The notes below the pieces were generated by a model. That model was not told the DNA's origin. It made no database searches and worked only from the letters and a program-made list of their open reading frames with translations. This document shows, in pieces, positions 46,685-56,660 of a stretch of DNA of 64,000 nucleotides. The stretch spans positions 44,602-108,601 of the forward strand of contig JBNKBE010000021.1 in the NCBI GenBank assembly GCA_050287085.1, given 5' to 3'. The translations under genes were made by a program, and so were the position numbers. Origin of the DNA: Polyangiaceae bacterium. Its GTDB lineage: Bacteria; Myxococcota_A; Polyangia; Polyangiales; Polyangiaceae. Numbering within the stretch: position 1 is the stretch's first letter; the number at the start of each line of letters is the position of its first letter.

Positions 46685-48109
46685 CTAGCTGAGGCTCCAT
46701 TGCGGCAGGCGGCCAGGGGGCGTTTTCGGCACCAGCTCCAGTCGCCGTGCCAAGTCTGAAACGAAGCGATTTTCGGGGTCGTAGCGCCGCTTGAGCGCCA
46801 GCCAGTCCTCCACCTGGGGGTACATTTGTCGCAGCGTTTGGGGGCTCAGGAAAGCGTCTTTGCCCAGGTACACGCGGCCCCCGGCTGCAATCACCATCGC
46901 GTCCAGTCTCTTCAGCAGGGCGGCCGTGGTGTCCCGGAGCGGGAAATCGATGGCGAAGGTGTAGCCTGCCGTAGGGAATGAGAGCAGGCCCTGACTTGCG
47001 GGACCAAAGCGCTTGAGAACATTGAGAAACGGCAGGTTGCCGGAACTGATGATCGCTTGCAGTATCTCCTGCATACGCTCGTAGCCGTCTTCCTCTGGGA
47101 TAACGAACTGGTATTGGGTGAATCCGCGTCGGCCATAGCCGCGATTCCAATGGCGTGCGAGACTATCGAGCGGGTAGAAAAAGTGGTCGTAGTGCGAAAA
47201 CGCCGCGCCGCCGCGCAGCTTCGCTTTGAGCACGACGTTCAAGAGCCGAATCGTCAGCGGATTGAGCACAAACTCGGGCAGTTCGAAGGGGAGTGACAAG
47301 CGGGCGGGTCTGCCCACCCGCAACGGATCCCTGCGCAATGCGGTCGGCAGTTCGTCAACGCGCGCGTGGTTGCCCACCGTCAGAACCCCAGAGCCCAAGC
47401 GCGGGCCGGTGGCGACGGGGTCAACGTACGCGACCGAATAGGCGAAGTCGGCGTCATATCGGGCCATCGCCTCGAGCATCTCCCGAAGATCTCGTGCCAC
47501 GATCGCCTTCTGCCGAAAGTAGCTCGACTCGATGCGACGCAGCTCGAGGGTCACGTCGAGCACAGCGCCTAGCAATCCCAACCCCCCAAATGAGCCCCAA
47601 AACAGGTCGGGTTCCACTTCTCGGCTGCACTCGACGATTTTTCCGCTGGCCAGCAGAACGCGCATGGAGTGCACGCAGTTGCAGAATGTGCCTTGGGAGT
47701 GGTGCGCTTTGCCGTGCACATCGTTGGCGATGCAGCCGCCCAAGGTGACGAAGCGAGTCCCCGGCGTAATGGCGGGGAAGAAACCTCGCGGAACGAAGTC
47801 CGTGATGATTTGCTCGAGGCTAACCCCTGATTCGGCGGTCAGCACGCCGGTTGTGCCGTCAAACGCCAGGTAGCGGTCGAAGCGCTCCGTCCCCAGCACG
47901 TGACCACGGTCGTTTAGGGCCGGATCCCCATAGCTCCGCCCCAGCCCACGCAGGGCCAGTGGGCGAGCCACTGCGTCTTGAAAAGACTTCAGCGCTTCGG
48001 GCTGACTCAGGGTCGAGTGCGAGCGCGGGTAAGCACCCCAACCGGTGAGTTCGGGTTGAAAACACGCGCCGTGGCTGGGCACGGATACACGAGGCGCCGT
48101 ATCGACCAT
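46685..48109 (-). CDS. FAD-binding oxidoreductase (DprE1/ALO-like)
   Basis: GLGRSYGD, PGTRFVTLGGCIANDVHGK, GFTQYQF, GGRVYLGKD. Confidence 0.88.
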   Translation of the reverse strand: MVDTAPRVSVPSHGACFQPELTGWGAYPRSHSTLSQPEALKSFQDAVARPLALRGLGRSYGDPALNDRGHVLGTERFDRYLAFDGTTGVLTAESGVSLEQIITDFVPRGFFPAITPGTRFVTLGGCIANDVHGKAHHSQGTFCNCVHSMRVLLASGKIVECSREVEPDLFWGSFGGLGLLGAVLDVTLELRRIESSYFRQKAIVARDLREMLEAMARYDADFAYSVAYVDPVATGPRLGSGVLTVGNHARVDELPTALRRDPLRVGRPARLSLPFELPEFVLNPLTIRLLNVVLKAKLRGGAAFSHYDHFFYPLDSLARHWNRGYGRRGFTQYQFVIPEEDGYERMQEILQAIISSGNLPFLNVLKRFGPASQGLLSFPTAGYTFAIDFPLRDTTAALLKRLDAMVIAAGGRVYLGKDAFLSPQTLRQMYPQVEDWLALKRRYDPENRFVSDLARRLELVPKTPPGRLPQWSLS

Positions 48110-48174
48110 GGGGACCGTGTGCCATACCCGTTCGCAGATGCCAACCCCGCCGCCGCGAAGTCGTACCCAGGCCG

Positions 48175-48654
48175 TCAGCTGGGCGCGGGCAGGTCAGCGT
48201 CCGGTAGATGCCCGCGCCGGACGCGTTCCATTTCCGCCAGCCGCGCCATGACGCCGCGGGCGACGATGGCCAGGACCTGCTCGATCAACTGATGATGATG
48301 ACCCGGGCTGCCTCCGAAGGTCAGTTGGCTCTTAGCGTGTTTTCCGCTGGGAAGCACGCCCTCGGCGACCACCTTGACGCGCAGCAGGTTGTCGCTGGTG
48401 GAGACCTTGAGCTCGTGAACAAAGAACCGGTATTCGATTCGCGAGTCGGCTGAGGCACCCCACTGCAGCGAGCGCGCTTCGCGATGCAAGACACCGGTCA
48501 GGTAGCGACGATAGCGCTTGGCGCCAAGACGTTCCGGGAAGGTCAAGCGATCGAGCACGACCGTGGGGCGGCCATCTCCTGCAAGACTTGCCCGTGTTGG
48601 ACCGAGTGCGAGCACGATCGCGATCAATCCTGAGACAAGCAGTCGACCGGTCAT
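48175..48654 (-). CDS. Secreted hypothetical protein
   Basis: N-terminal signal peptide; in operon arrangement after the S41 peptidase. Confidence 0.65.
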   Translation of the reverse strand: MTGRLLVSGLIAIVLALGPTRASLAGDGRPTVVLDRLTFPERLGAKRYRRYLTGVLHREARSLQWGASADSRIEYRFFVHELKVSTSDNLLRVKVVAEGVLPSGKHAKSQLTFGGSPGHHHQLIEQVLAIVARGVMARLAEMERVRRGHLPDADLPAPS

Positions 48655-48702
48655 GCCTGCGCCCCTACTTCAGACGCGAGGACGGGGCCAACTTTCGGGG
48701 GG

Positions 48703-50052
48703 CTATCGCTGGCGCTCAGCGATGCGGGCGCGCAGAACTTGGAAGCCAATTGAGAGAGCAAAGTCAGGACCGTTCGTGGGATCTCGCGGAACTTGGCGCG
48801 CCACCCCCAGATGCGTCGGAGAGAGCCCGGGTTCTTCTTCCTGCAATTTTCCTGGTCGCAGCGCGCCTCTCGGGGATTGGGCTCCGGCAGCGGGTTCAGC
48901 CGGCAGGTGGTTGTCGAGGTCCGCTTCCCGAACCACGCGGAAGGACGTGTCTTTGACGTAACCTGCTTCGACGAGTACGTCGGGATGAATCCCCCGCGCC
49001 TGGATCGAATGGCCCGCGGGGGTGTAGTACCGCATCGTGGTTAGGCGCAGCGCCGTTTCGTCGGGCAACGTGAACAGCGTTTGCACCGAGCCTTTGCCAA
49101 AGGTGGGAGAGCCGACCACGGTGGCGCGGTGTTGGTCTTGTAGTGCTCCTGCCACGAGTTCGGCGGCACTGGCGCTGAACTCGTTGACCAACACCACACA
49201 GGGCTCCGAGTGAAGTGCGCCGCCCGTCGTTGCGGACACGTCGTCGACGATACGCCCCCGACTGCGCGTGCTGTAGACCTGTCCGCCATCGAGAAACTCA
49301 TCGGCCACGGCGGCGGCTTCCAGGACCAATCCCCCGGGATTGTTCCTGAGGTCCAATACGACACCCGCTAGCCCTTGCGGCATCTGCTCGCGGAGGTGGC
49401 TTACCTGGTCAAGCAGTTCACGGTGTGTTCCGTGCTGGAATTGCTTGACGCGCACATAGCCGATGCGTTCGACGAGTTCCCGCGTGGCAATGCTGGCCAC
49501 CTCGATGACGCGACGTTCCAGCTCGAACTCTAGCGGCTTGTTATGCCCTCGCCGGCGTATTGTCAGTGTAAGTCGCGTGCCGGGACGCCCGCGCATCTGC
49601 TCGACGAGACGAGATAGGCTTTCTTCCGCCAGACGTTCGCCGTTGACGGCCACGATACGATCGCCCGGCAGGATGCCAGCCTGATCGGCGGGCGAACCCT
49701 CGATGGGGGCGATGACGATCACTTGCTCGTTGCGGAGGTCGACTTCCACCCCGATGCCACCGAAGGCGCCTTCCGTATCCGATCGCAGGCGGGCATAACG
49801 CTCCTTCGTGAGGTAACTCGAGTGGGGATCGAGCTCTGCCACCATGCCCTCGAGGGCGCCTTCGAGGAGTCGCTCTCGTTCGACGGGCTCGACGTATTCG
49901 TTCTCGATCAGCACCAGGCTTTCAGCCAGTCGTCGTAGCACCCCGTACGGGCTGTCGCTTTCTGCGTGAGCTCCCGCCAAGTGGGTGCATGTCGCACCCA
50001 ACGCGTAGCCGGTCAGTAGGAGTAATGTGGACTTGAGAAGAGACCGTCGCAT
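48703..50052 (-). CDS. S41 carboxy-terminal processing protease (CtpA/Prc-like) with PDZ domain
   Basis: LDPHSSY, GIGV, DLRNNPGG, SASAAE, TFGKGSVQ, YYTP. Confidence 0.93.
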   Translation of the reverse strand: MRRSLLKSTLLLLTGYALGATCTHLAGAHAESDSPYGVLRRLAESLVLIENEYVEPVERERLLEGALEGMVAELDPHSSYLTKERYARLRSDTEGAFGGIGVEVDLRNEQVIVIAPIEGSPADQAGILPGDRIVAVNGERLAEESLSRLVEQMRGRPGTRLTLTIRRRGHNKPLEFELERRVIEVASIATRELVERIGYVRVKQFQHGTHRELLDQVSHLREQMPQGLAGVVLDLRNNPGGLVLEAAAVADEFLDGGQVYSTRSRGRIVDDVSATTGGALHSEPCVVLVNEFSASAAELVAGALQDQHRATVVGSPTFGKGSVQTLFTLPDETALRLTTMRYYTPAGHSIQARGIHPDVLVEAGYVKDTSFRVVREADLDNHLPAEPAAGAQSPRGALRPGKLQEEEPGLSPTHLGVARQVPRDPTNGPDFALSIGFQVLRARIAERQR

Positions 50053-50529
50053 CACGTGTTTACAATAAAGGATCGACTGCTTTTTATTCAGAACTACAAA
50101 CTTTCTTGCGATTGTCGTCGAATAGAGCATTAATTCTTCACGTAAGTGTGCCGCCTCTAACGTGGCGCCATGACGCTCGACATCCGACATGTTTCACATC
50201 CTCATCGCCAACGGTCTGTGCGAGCATCCGCTCCGGCACCGGGCGCCGTCAGGGCGGTACGTGTCTGCGAGGCGGGCGGCCTTGGGCTCAGCGCTGGCAG
50301 GGCAGTTCGGGTCGGCCAGCGCTCGCGCGGGGCTCATGCTTCTCGCGCGGCCGGGGTTCGTCGGGCGGCTGTCCTCTGGGCAGTCGAGGCACGGCTGACG
50401 ATTGAGGACGCGGGCACGCCCGGGGGCGGCGTGCAACCGGCGACAACGGCGCCGATTTGTTGAAACCGATGAACGACCGCTTGCACAAGCGGCATCCGAG
50501 ACAACCACACCAACACACAGCGAGGTAGA

Positions 50530-50754
50530 ATGACCGAGAATACGACGAACCGGGGTAGTGATAAGCGCAAGCAAAGCCTCTACTTCCCGGAAGCAATGCT
50601 GCAGGAGATCAAGGATGAGGCTGCCCGCTTGGACCGGTCCCTGTCGTGGATCGTGCAGCGTGCATGGAAGATCGCGCGACTGGAGATCAAGAAGATACCG
50701 AGCGTGAACGACATTGAGGAAGAGGCGCTTTCCGCGCCGAAGCCGCAGCTCTGA
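50530..50754 (+). CDS. TIGR04563 (MXAN_4361/4362-like) small protein
   Basis: DKRKQSLYFPEAMLQEIKDEAARLDRSLSWIVQRAWKIAR matches the myxobacterial family as recalled; GAGGT Shine-Dalgarno. Confidence 0.85.
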   Translation: MTENTTNRGSDKRKQSLYFPEAMLQEIKDEAARLDRSLSWIVQRAWKIARLEIKKIPSVNDIEEEALSAPKPQL

Positions 50755-50926
50755 GGGGCGGCCGCGAGCATGCGCATCGCAGCCGGTTCTCGCCGCCTGA
50801 GTGGCCCGGTGCAGTAGTGGGTTGCGCTTTGGGGCGCGCCGGCGGCGGGGTGGAATGTGACCCGAGAAACCGCGAGAGCAGGGGGAGTGGCGGCGATTGC
50901 CAACAGCCAAGGAAGACTGCGTTTTT

Positions 50927-51652
50927 GTGAGCGAGAAGAACATCGAGGTGATAGGTCGTTTGTTGGCCTTGTTGGCACACGACCTGCGAAATCCCCTTTC
51001 GGCGCTGCACTCCAATCTGGGTTTCTTGGCCGCTGTCTTGGAGCATCCCGAGCCGGATGTGAGCGACGCTATTTCAGACGGCCTGATCTCCTGCGAGGGA
51101 GTTGGACACATTATCGACAATATGGATCTGCTGGGGCAGAGCCTGCGAGGCCACGAAGAGCGCGCGGCGGACCGCATCGTTCTGCCTGCGTTCGTCTCTG
51201 AGGTTGTGGCTGGGTGCCGTACGTTGTGCGACAGCCATGGTCTGAGCATCGAAGTGGTCAACGAGTTGCCCGGCAAGACCGTCACCGTGAGCGCAAATCG
51301 CGAACTACTTTCGCGAGCGCTGTCGAATCTGGTGCGCAACTCGATTCAGCATGCGCCTTCAGGCTCGGTGGTGCGCTTGTTCTTGACGGCTACTGAGCAT
51401 GGCGCCCGCGTGCGGGTGGTGGATGTGGGCCTGGAGATCGATCCGCGTGAAGCGGAATCCCTCTTTTCGGCCGAGGGACAACTGGCAGCCAAGTCCAGTC
51501 ATAGCGGTCGCTACAGTCGCGGGATGGGCTTGTTTGCCGCGCGCTTGGCGGCAGACGCGGCGGGCGCAAACATTGCTCTTTCGGGTGCGGTGGAGGGCTA
51601 CAGCAACAGCTTTACACTCGAGGTTGCCGTGGCCCGTGAAGGTGGCGGCTAG
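50927..51652 (+). CDS. Minimal histidine kinase without a sensor domain
   Basis: AHDLRNPLS H-box, NLVRNSIQH N-box, DVG, GMGL. Confidence 0.85.
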   Translation: MSEKNIEVIGRLLALLAHDLRNPLSALHSNLGFLAAVLEHPEPDVSDAISDGLISCEGVGHIIDNMDLLGQSLRGHEERAADRIVLPAFVSEVVAGCRTLCDSHGLSIEVVNELPGKTVTVSANRELLSRALSNLVRNSIQHAPSGSVVRLFLTATEHGARVRVVDVGLEIDPREAESLFSAEGQLAAKSSHSGRYSRGMGLFAARLAADAAGANIALSGAVEGYSNSFTLEVAVAREGGG

Positions 51653-51753
51653 CGGATGGGAGCTCCAATCGCACCGCTGCGTACCGCACGCCCAGCCCGC
51701 CCCCGCACCCTCGTTCGTTATCAGGGCTTTGCCGCGGCTTGTGACGGCTTAAG

Positions 51754-52908
51754 CTAGGGCTGCATGATCGCGGCCTCGTCTGGGGGCCGATAGAGGATCT
51801 TCCCCGTCTCGCCGGGGCACCCCCAACAAGTCGAGAAGTGCAGACGCGGGCGTATCGACGGGCTGTAGGCGAAGGCGAGCGGCCCCTCTTCGTCCCTCAT
51901 CACGAAGCTCGAGACCAGGCTGAACGTGTGATCGGGACGCGTGTGGTAGACGGCAACTACGCTTCCGTGGGTCGGGCTCCGAGCGGCTAGCACGAGGAAC
52001 TCCGTGCCCGCCACCGGACGCCACAACAAAGGCTGCGTGGTGAAGAGAAAGCCCTTGTCATCGCCGCCACCCCTTTCCAGGACCGTGGCTGCACTCTCCG
52101 CAGGGAAGCCTTCGCCGTCCTTTGATAGCGGCTCGGTCAAGGGGTGATTGGCTAGGACCTTGCGTAGCTCCTCGCTCTTCATTTCCGTCAGGATGAAGGG
52201 CTCTTCTTCATGCGACTCCGGAACTCGAGCGCCGTTGGGGGCGCCGTAGCAGCAACGGAATGCGGCTTTGGACCCAGCGCTTGCGCCCGCGCGGTGGGCG
52301 CAGCGATGAGACGCTGCCGGGCCGTCGGGCCCCGCCCCTCGGACCACAGGGGTCCCCGCCAGGGGCGTCGGATGACCGAGCGAGCTCGCGGTCCACTCGA
52401 GCTGGGCTCCCATTGCAAAGACCCCCTCCGGACTCGAACACGCCTCTGCGTTGGGGCAGGCCCAGGTGGGGCCGGTGGAAAACGCGGCATTGCGTTCTCC
52501 GCCACAAGCGCGTTCCCACTCGAGCTCGGTGCAGAGGCGGCCTCCGCGCTCGGAGCACAAGCGGCCCGCCGTATCCCAGTCGTGAGCGGCCGCTGGGACT
52601 CCGGGGCGGTTCGGATAGGGCCAAGGGTCGATGCGGAACGGTCCGAGTTTCGCGGCGAAAGCGCGGGGTTCGAGGGCTGGATCGCGCGGGAATGCGCCCG
52701 GCAAGGTCCCGGCAATGAACTCCGCCGTGTCGAAGGCAATCGCGGCGGTTGAGCGCGCGGGCTCTGCCGCTGGCGTGGGAGCCATGGCGGAGCCCGCGTC
52801 GCGCCCCTGTCTTCGGGTCGTATCGGGCTGGCGGGTGCAGCCTAAGAGGGTCGCGAACAGAATTAGGAACAAGGCCACGGCCAGTGCTTGCCGTACCTGC
52901 TTGTGCAT
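51754..52908 (-). CDS. Lipoprotein with an FGE-sulfatase (SUMF1)-like domain
   Basis: LLGC lipobox, GRLCTELEWERACGG, EWT, VRG, FRCC. Confidence 0.75.
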   Translation of the reverse strand: MHKQVRQALAVALFLILFATLLGCTRQPDTTRRQGRDAGSAMAPTPAAEPARSTAAIAFDTAEFIAGTLPGAFPRDPALEPRAFAAKLGPFRIDPWPYPNRPGVPAAAHDWDTAGRLCSERGGRLCTELEWERACGGERNAAFSTGPTWACPNAEACSSPEGVFAMGAQLEWTASSLGHPTPLAGTPVVRGAGPDGPAASHRCAHRAGASAGSKAAFRCCYGAPNGARVPESHEEEPFILTEMKSEELRKVLANHPLTEPLSKDGEGFPAESAATVLERGGGDDKGFLFTTQPLLWRPVAGTEFLVLAARSPTHGSVVAVYHTRPDHTFSLVSSFVMRDEEGPLAFAYSPSIRPRLHFSTCWGCPGETGKILYRPPDEAAIMQP

Positions 52909-52963
52909 CACAAGCACAGAGTTTGATGCTTGACCCGTGGGGCAGTCTCGGCGAAAGACGGCC

Positions 52964-53497
52964 ATGGCGTTCCAAGTAGGACCCGACACGGTCGTCCACT
53001 TTTCGTATTCCCTCTCGGATGCCGACGGCGAGTTGTGCGAAGCGTCCGAGGAGGAACTATCGTTTCTCTTCGGATATGGTCAGCTTGCCCCGGTACTGGA
53101 GGCGGCCTTTGACGGCCTATTTCCCGGGGAGGAGCGGGTGCTTACCCTAGAGCCGGAGGCGGCATTCGGCCCCCGTGACGAACAGGCTGTCGTGGAGTTT
53201 GACCGGGCGGATTTCGGCCCCGATGTGCGCCCGGGCGACGAGTTCGTGGTGGATCACGATAGCGGTGACGTCTCGGCGCTCACCGTCTTGGATGTGTTCG
53301 ACGATCGCGTGGTCGTCGATACCAATCATCCACTCGCGGGACAGCGCGTGTCGCTACGGGTGCGGGTTGAGGCAGTACGCCCCGCGACTTCAGTGGAACT
53401 CTCGCTTGCGGCAGAGGAGCTCGAGTCTCAGGAAAGAGCGTTTCCATCCTTGCTACCTAGCGCACGTTTGGTAAGACGCCCTTCGGAGCAACCATGA
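52964..53497 (+). CDS. slyD: FKBP-type peptidyl-prolyl isomerase (SlyD-like, no His-rich tail)
   Basis: LEPEAAFG, VVVDTNHPLAG...VEAVRPAT. Confidence 0.88.
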   Translation: MAFQVGPDTVVHFSYSLSDADGELCEASEEELSFLFGYGQLAPVLEAAFDGLFPGEERVLTLEPEAAFGPRDEQAVVEFDRADFGPDVRPGDEFVVDHDSGDVSALTVLDVFDDRVVVDTNHPLAGQRVSLRVRVEAVRPATSVELSLAAEELESQERAFPSLLPSARLVRRPSEQP

Positions 53498-54873
53498 ACG
53501 AGTCTGACAGTTTTAGGTTTGACGTGCGCGTACGCGAACGCCTTATGGCTCGCGGCATCGTCACCGCTGACGAAGTAGCAATGCACTTGTCGGCGCTTAC
53601 CGATCGCGAGGACGCTTGCGAGGCCCTTGACCTCGAGCAGCCTGCGTTGATGAGCGAAGAGATCCCCCCAGAGGAGCCGCCGATGGCGGGTATCGTTGGG
53701 CTGGGCGTACCGGCACTGTCGCCGATCGATCCGGCTCCGCCCATTAACCCGTTGGACGGTGGTCTCGGTCGTCACGGACTGGGCGGCATGGGGCCCGCAC
53801 CCAAGGTATCGCCCTTCGAGCCCGCGCCGCGGGTCTCTGCGCTGGAGCCCGCCCCCAAGGTGAACCCCTTCGAGTCCGGTCCGGTGTCTCCTTATGAGCC
53901 AGGTCCCCGCAATCCCTACGAGCGGGGCATGGGCTATCCGATGGGAATGCCAGCCAATCCCTACGAGAGCCAGATGAACCCCTATGCGGCCCCAGGCGGG
54001 TATCCGCAGATGCCGATGCAAGGCAACATGGGTCAAGGCGGCATGCCCCAGCCGGGCATGCAACATCCGGGCATGCAGCATTCAGGCATGCAGCACGGCG
54101 GTCCGCAGCACGGCGGTCCGCAGCAGGGTATGGGCGGACAGCCCGGGGCGGTCGGCGGCGTGCCGGCGCTGACCCCCGATGGGCGCTATGGGCAACAGAT
54201 GCCTCCCAATCCGTATTACCCCCAACCGCAATACGGCCATCAGGGTTATCCACCGCCGGGCTATGGTTATGGTCCGCCAGGAGGCATGGGGCCAGGGGGT
54301 TATCCGCAACCTCAGTCGGGACAACACTCGGCCCACCACCAATCACAGCAGCCGGGGATCCCGCCTGTTGGTAGTGGCTCCAGTCTGCCCTCCGGGGGCG
54401 CTTTGGGGGGGCTATCGGGCGGCATGACGTCGCCCATGATGAACGAGCCTGCGACGTCACCGATGATGCCTTCACAGGGTGGCGGCCCGGGCTCAATGGG
54501 TGCAGGGGCCCCGCTTGTCTCTCCGTTTGAGGCGTCCGGCCACCAGGGCATGGGACATCAGCAGGGGATGCCGCACCCCGGGATGTCTCCGCAACACGAT
54601 CCCTATGGGCGCGGCTACCCCCCCATGCCGCCCCAACCGACTTATCCTAACCCCTACGGAAATCCCAACTATCCTCCCCAGGCGCAGGTTCCTGGACAGG
54701 GTATGCCGGGGCAGGGCATGCCAGGCCAGGCGATGCCGGGGCAGGGCATGCCTGGACAGGGGCCTTCCGAGGCGCCGCGGGGGATCAATCCCTTTAACCC
54801 CTACGACCCAACGCGACCTGGGATCCCGGCTATCGATCCGCTGAAGCCCGGGAAAGACGGCGAGAACCGCTAG
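53494..54873 (+). CDS. Pro/Gly/Gln/Met-rich low-complexity protein with a short folded N-terminus
   Basis: ATGA overlap with slyD; N-terminal FDVRVRERLMARG...HLSALTD followed by about 400 aa of internal repeats. Confidence 0.8.
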   Translation: MNESDSFRFDVRVRERLMARGIVTADEVAMHLSALTDREDACEALDLEQPALMSEEIPPEEPPMAGIVGLGVPALSPIDPAPPINPLDGGLGRHGLGGMGPAPKVSPFEPAPRVSALEPAPKVNPFESGPVSPYEPGPRNPYERGMGYPMGMPANPYESQMNPYAAPGGYPQMPMQGNMGQGGMPQPGMQHPGMQHSGMQHGGPQHGGPQQGMGGQPGAVGGVPALTPDGRYGQQMPPNPYYPQPQYGHQGYPPPGYGYGPPGGMGPGGYPQPQSGQHSAHHQSQQPGIPPVGSGSSLPSGGALGGLSGGMTSPMMNEPATSPMMPSQGGGPGSMGAGAPLVSPFEASGHQGMGHQQGMPHPGMSPQHDPYGRGYPPMPPQPTYPNPYGNPNYPPQAQVPGQGMPGQGMPGQAMPGQGMPGQGPSEAPRGINPFNPYDPTRPGIPAIDPLKPGKDGENR

Positions 54874-54917
54874 GCTGATAGCGGCTGCGCTCGCTTGTTG
54901 CCGCAAAGCCTGAACAC

Positions 54918-54942
54918 AAAAACGTCGCTGGCAGTCAGCGAC
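54918..54942 (-). terminator. Possible intrinsic terminator downstream of the CPA1 antiporter gene
   Basis: GTCGCTG/CAGCGAC stem followed by GTTTTT on the minus strand, between convergent genes. Confidence 0.35.
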
Positions 54943-55143
54943 AAAGGGCGGGACGTTACTTCCTCGTGAGGCAACGTCCCGTTCGTGATCGCGGGGGCTG
55001 GCCAGCGCGGGCGCTGAGCCCCGGGCCCCTTGCGCTAGGATGCACGGGGCCGCTTTGCGGGTAGGACAAGCACGCTGGGCTGTCAGCGCGGCCCGCAGAG
55101 TGCGGCTCGAGTCGGCTCCTCCGCAGGGCAGCGTATAGCCGCG

Positions 55144-56520
55144 CTAGGGGTATTCCTTTTCGGAAGCAGGCACTCCAGGGTGGGGCGTGATATCTGTTTC
55201 GAATCCGGTTCGGGCGGGCCGCGGCAAAGAGGCTCCGGTGCGGAGCATGGCGGCGATGGGGTACAAGGCGGGTCGGGCGGCTCCGGCGGGCAGTTGGGCT
55301 GCGGACGGAGCTTCTGGGAGGTCCTCCAGTCGCGCCCCTTGCCACCGTAGGGCGGCGGCGAACACCAGGTTTGAGGTGAAGACGCCGGCGCAGGTGATGA
55401 CCGGGAGGGTATCGCTTCCCACGCCCCGAGCGCTGGCCAGCAGCGCCAGAGCACCCGCGCTCAGGCCTCGGGGAAAGCAGAGCCCGAGGGCGACGCGCTC
55501 CCGGGCGTCCACGGGGTCTCGGGCCGCGACAAAGACGGCGAGCCACCGCACGAGCGCGAAGCTGATGCCCAACAGCGCTCCGAGCCCGAGCAGGCGCCAT
55601 TGAGGGGCCAGCGACGCGCCCATGAAGACGAAAAGGAAGGCCTTGACCATGAACATGACTTGGCCGTGAAAGGCTCTAAGCGGGGCTCCCAGCTGAGTGT
55701 CCCCCTTGAGTCCCAAGAGCTTCGCGAGCAGAGGCGCATTCCCTAAGCCCAGGGCCACTGCGAACACACAGAGGGGGGCGCTACCCCCCGCGCTATCAGC
55801 CGCCAGACAAACGAGCAAGAGCACCCCCAGCGAAATGGGGTAGGCGCGTTCGCTGGTGTTGAGATGGCGGAGCACCAGTATCCAGATCAGACTCACAATG
55901 GCGCCCAGGGCGAGCCCGATCCCCCAGGAGCGCAGGGCCGTCAGTCCCGGCAGACCGCCTGTTCGCACGCTTGCCTCGATGAGGGAGAAGGCCAAGACGA
56001 TCGTCAGCGCGCTGGTGATGCTTGATTCGTCGCTCACGCGGCGGACAAGCTTCGAGCGGACGCGGTATTGGATCAAACTCGGCACGGCCGCGAGGGAGCT
56101 TGGAGCGCCGACCACCACTCCAAGCAGCAAGCTGCTGTGCCAGGTCCAGCTGCCGGGTAGGAGTTGGGTCCATCGGGCCGCTTGGCAGAGCAGAACGACA
56201 GCGCATAGGGTGCCGGCCAGGGCCAGTGTGCCGAGGAGGCTTCCGGTGCTCGCGCGCTTGCCGTTTCGAAAGCTGAACGAGGTGCCCGCTTCAAAGAGGA
56301 CAAGGACAAGCGATAGCACCGCCAGTACCGGTCCAGCTCCGGCGAGATCGCTCGGCGCGATGACTCCAGAGACGGGTCCCAGTCCGACCCCAACCATCAT
56401 CAACCACAGGACGTCGGGGACGCGCGTGCGCTGAAAGAGGAACTCACCCAAACCGCCAGCGAGCCACGTGCCGGCGACCGTTGAGAGTACGAGCGTCACC
56501 GAGTCGAGGGACGAAAGCAT
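55144..56520 (-). CDS. Cation:proton antiporter (CPA1/NhaP-like)
   Basis: RTRVPDVL, LVLFEAG, DESSI, FPRGLSA; about 12 TM segments. Confidence 0.8.
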   Translation of the reverse strand: MLSSLDSVTLVLSTVAGTWLAGGLGEFLFQRTRVPDVLWLMMVGVGLGPVSGVIAPSDLAGAGPVLAVLSLVLVLFEAGTSFSFRNGKRASTGSLLGTLALAGTLCAVVLLCQAARWTQLLPGSWTWHSSLLLGVVVGAPSSLAAVPSLIQYRVRSKLVRRVSDESSITSALTIVLAFSLIEASVRTGGLPGLTALRSWGIGLALGAIVSLIWILVLRHLNTSERAYPISLGVLLLVCLAADSAGGSAPLCVFAVALGLGNAPLLAKLLGLKGDTQLGAPLRAFHGQVMFMVKAFLFVFMGASLAPQWRLLGLGALLGISFALVRWLAVFVAARDPVDARERVALGLCFPRGLSAGALALLASARGVGSDTLPVITCAGVFTSNLVFAAALRWQGARLEDLPEAPSAAQLPAGAARPALYPIAAMLRTGASLPRPARTGFETDITPHPGVPASEKEYP

Positions 56521-56660
56521 CGCAGCAACGATAGCGCCCGCTGCTCCCCCGTTCGGACATTTATTTGCACGCTGCGAGTTCTGGGGTTGGAGCGGGACTT
56601 CTGCTAGCGTGTGCTCGCGTCGCTCGGGGAGGGCTGAGGCGCAACTCTGAAAGGCAAGCC

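Noticed and set aside
46648..46693. 17-bp direct repeat GGGCCAGCTGAGTTGCC (2.7 copies)
   Set aside because: Short local duplication at a gene end with no evidence of function or mobile-element association
50170..50463. 97-aa ORF upstream of the TIGR04563 gene
   Set aside because: No motif or clear SD; cannot be distinguished from a GC-rich chance ORF
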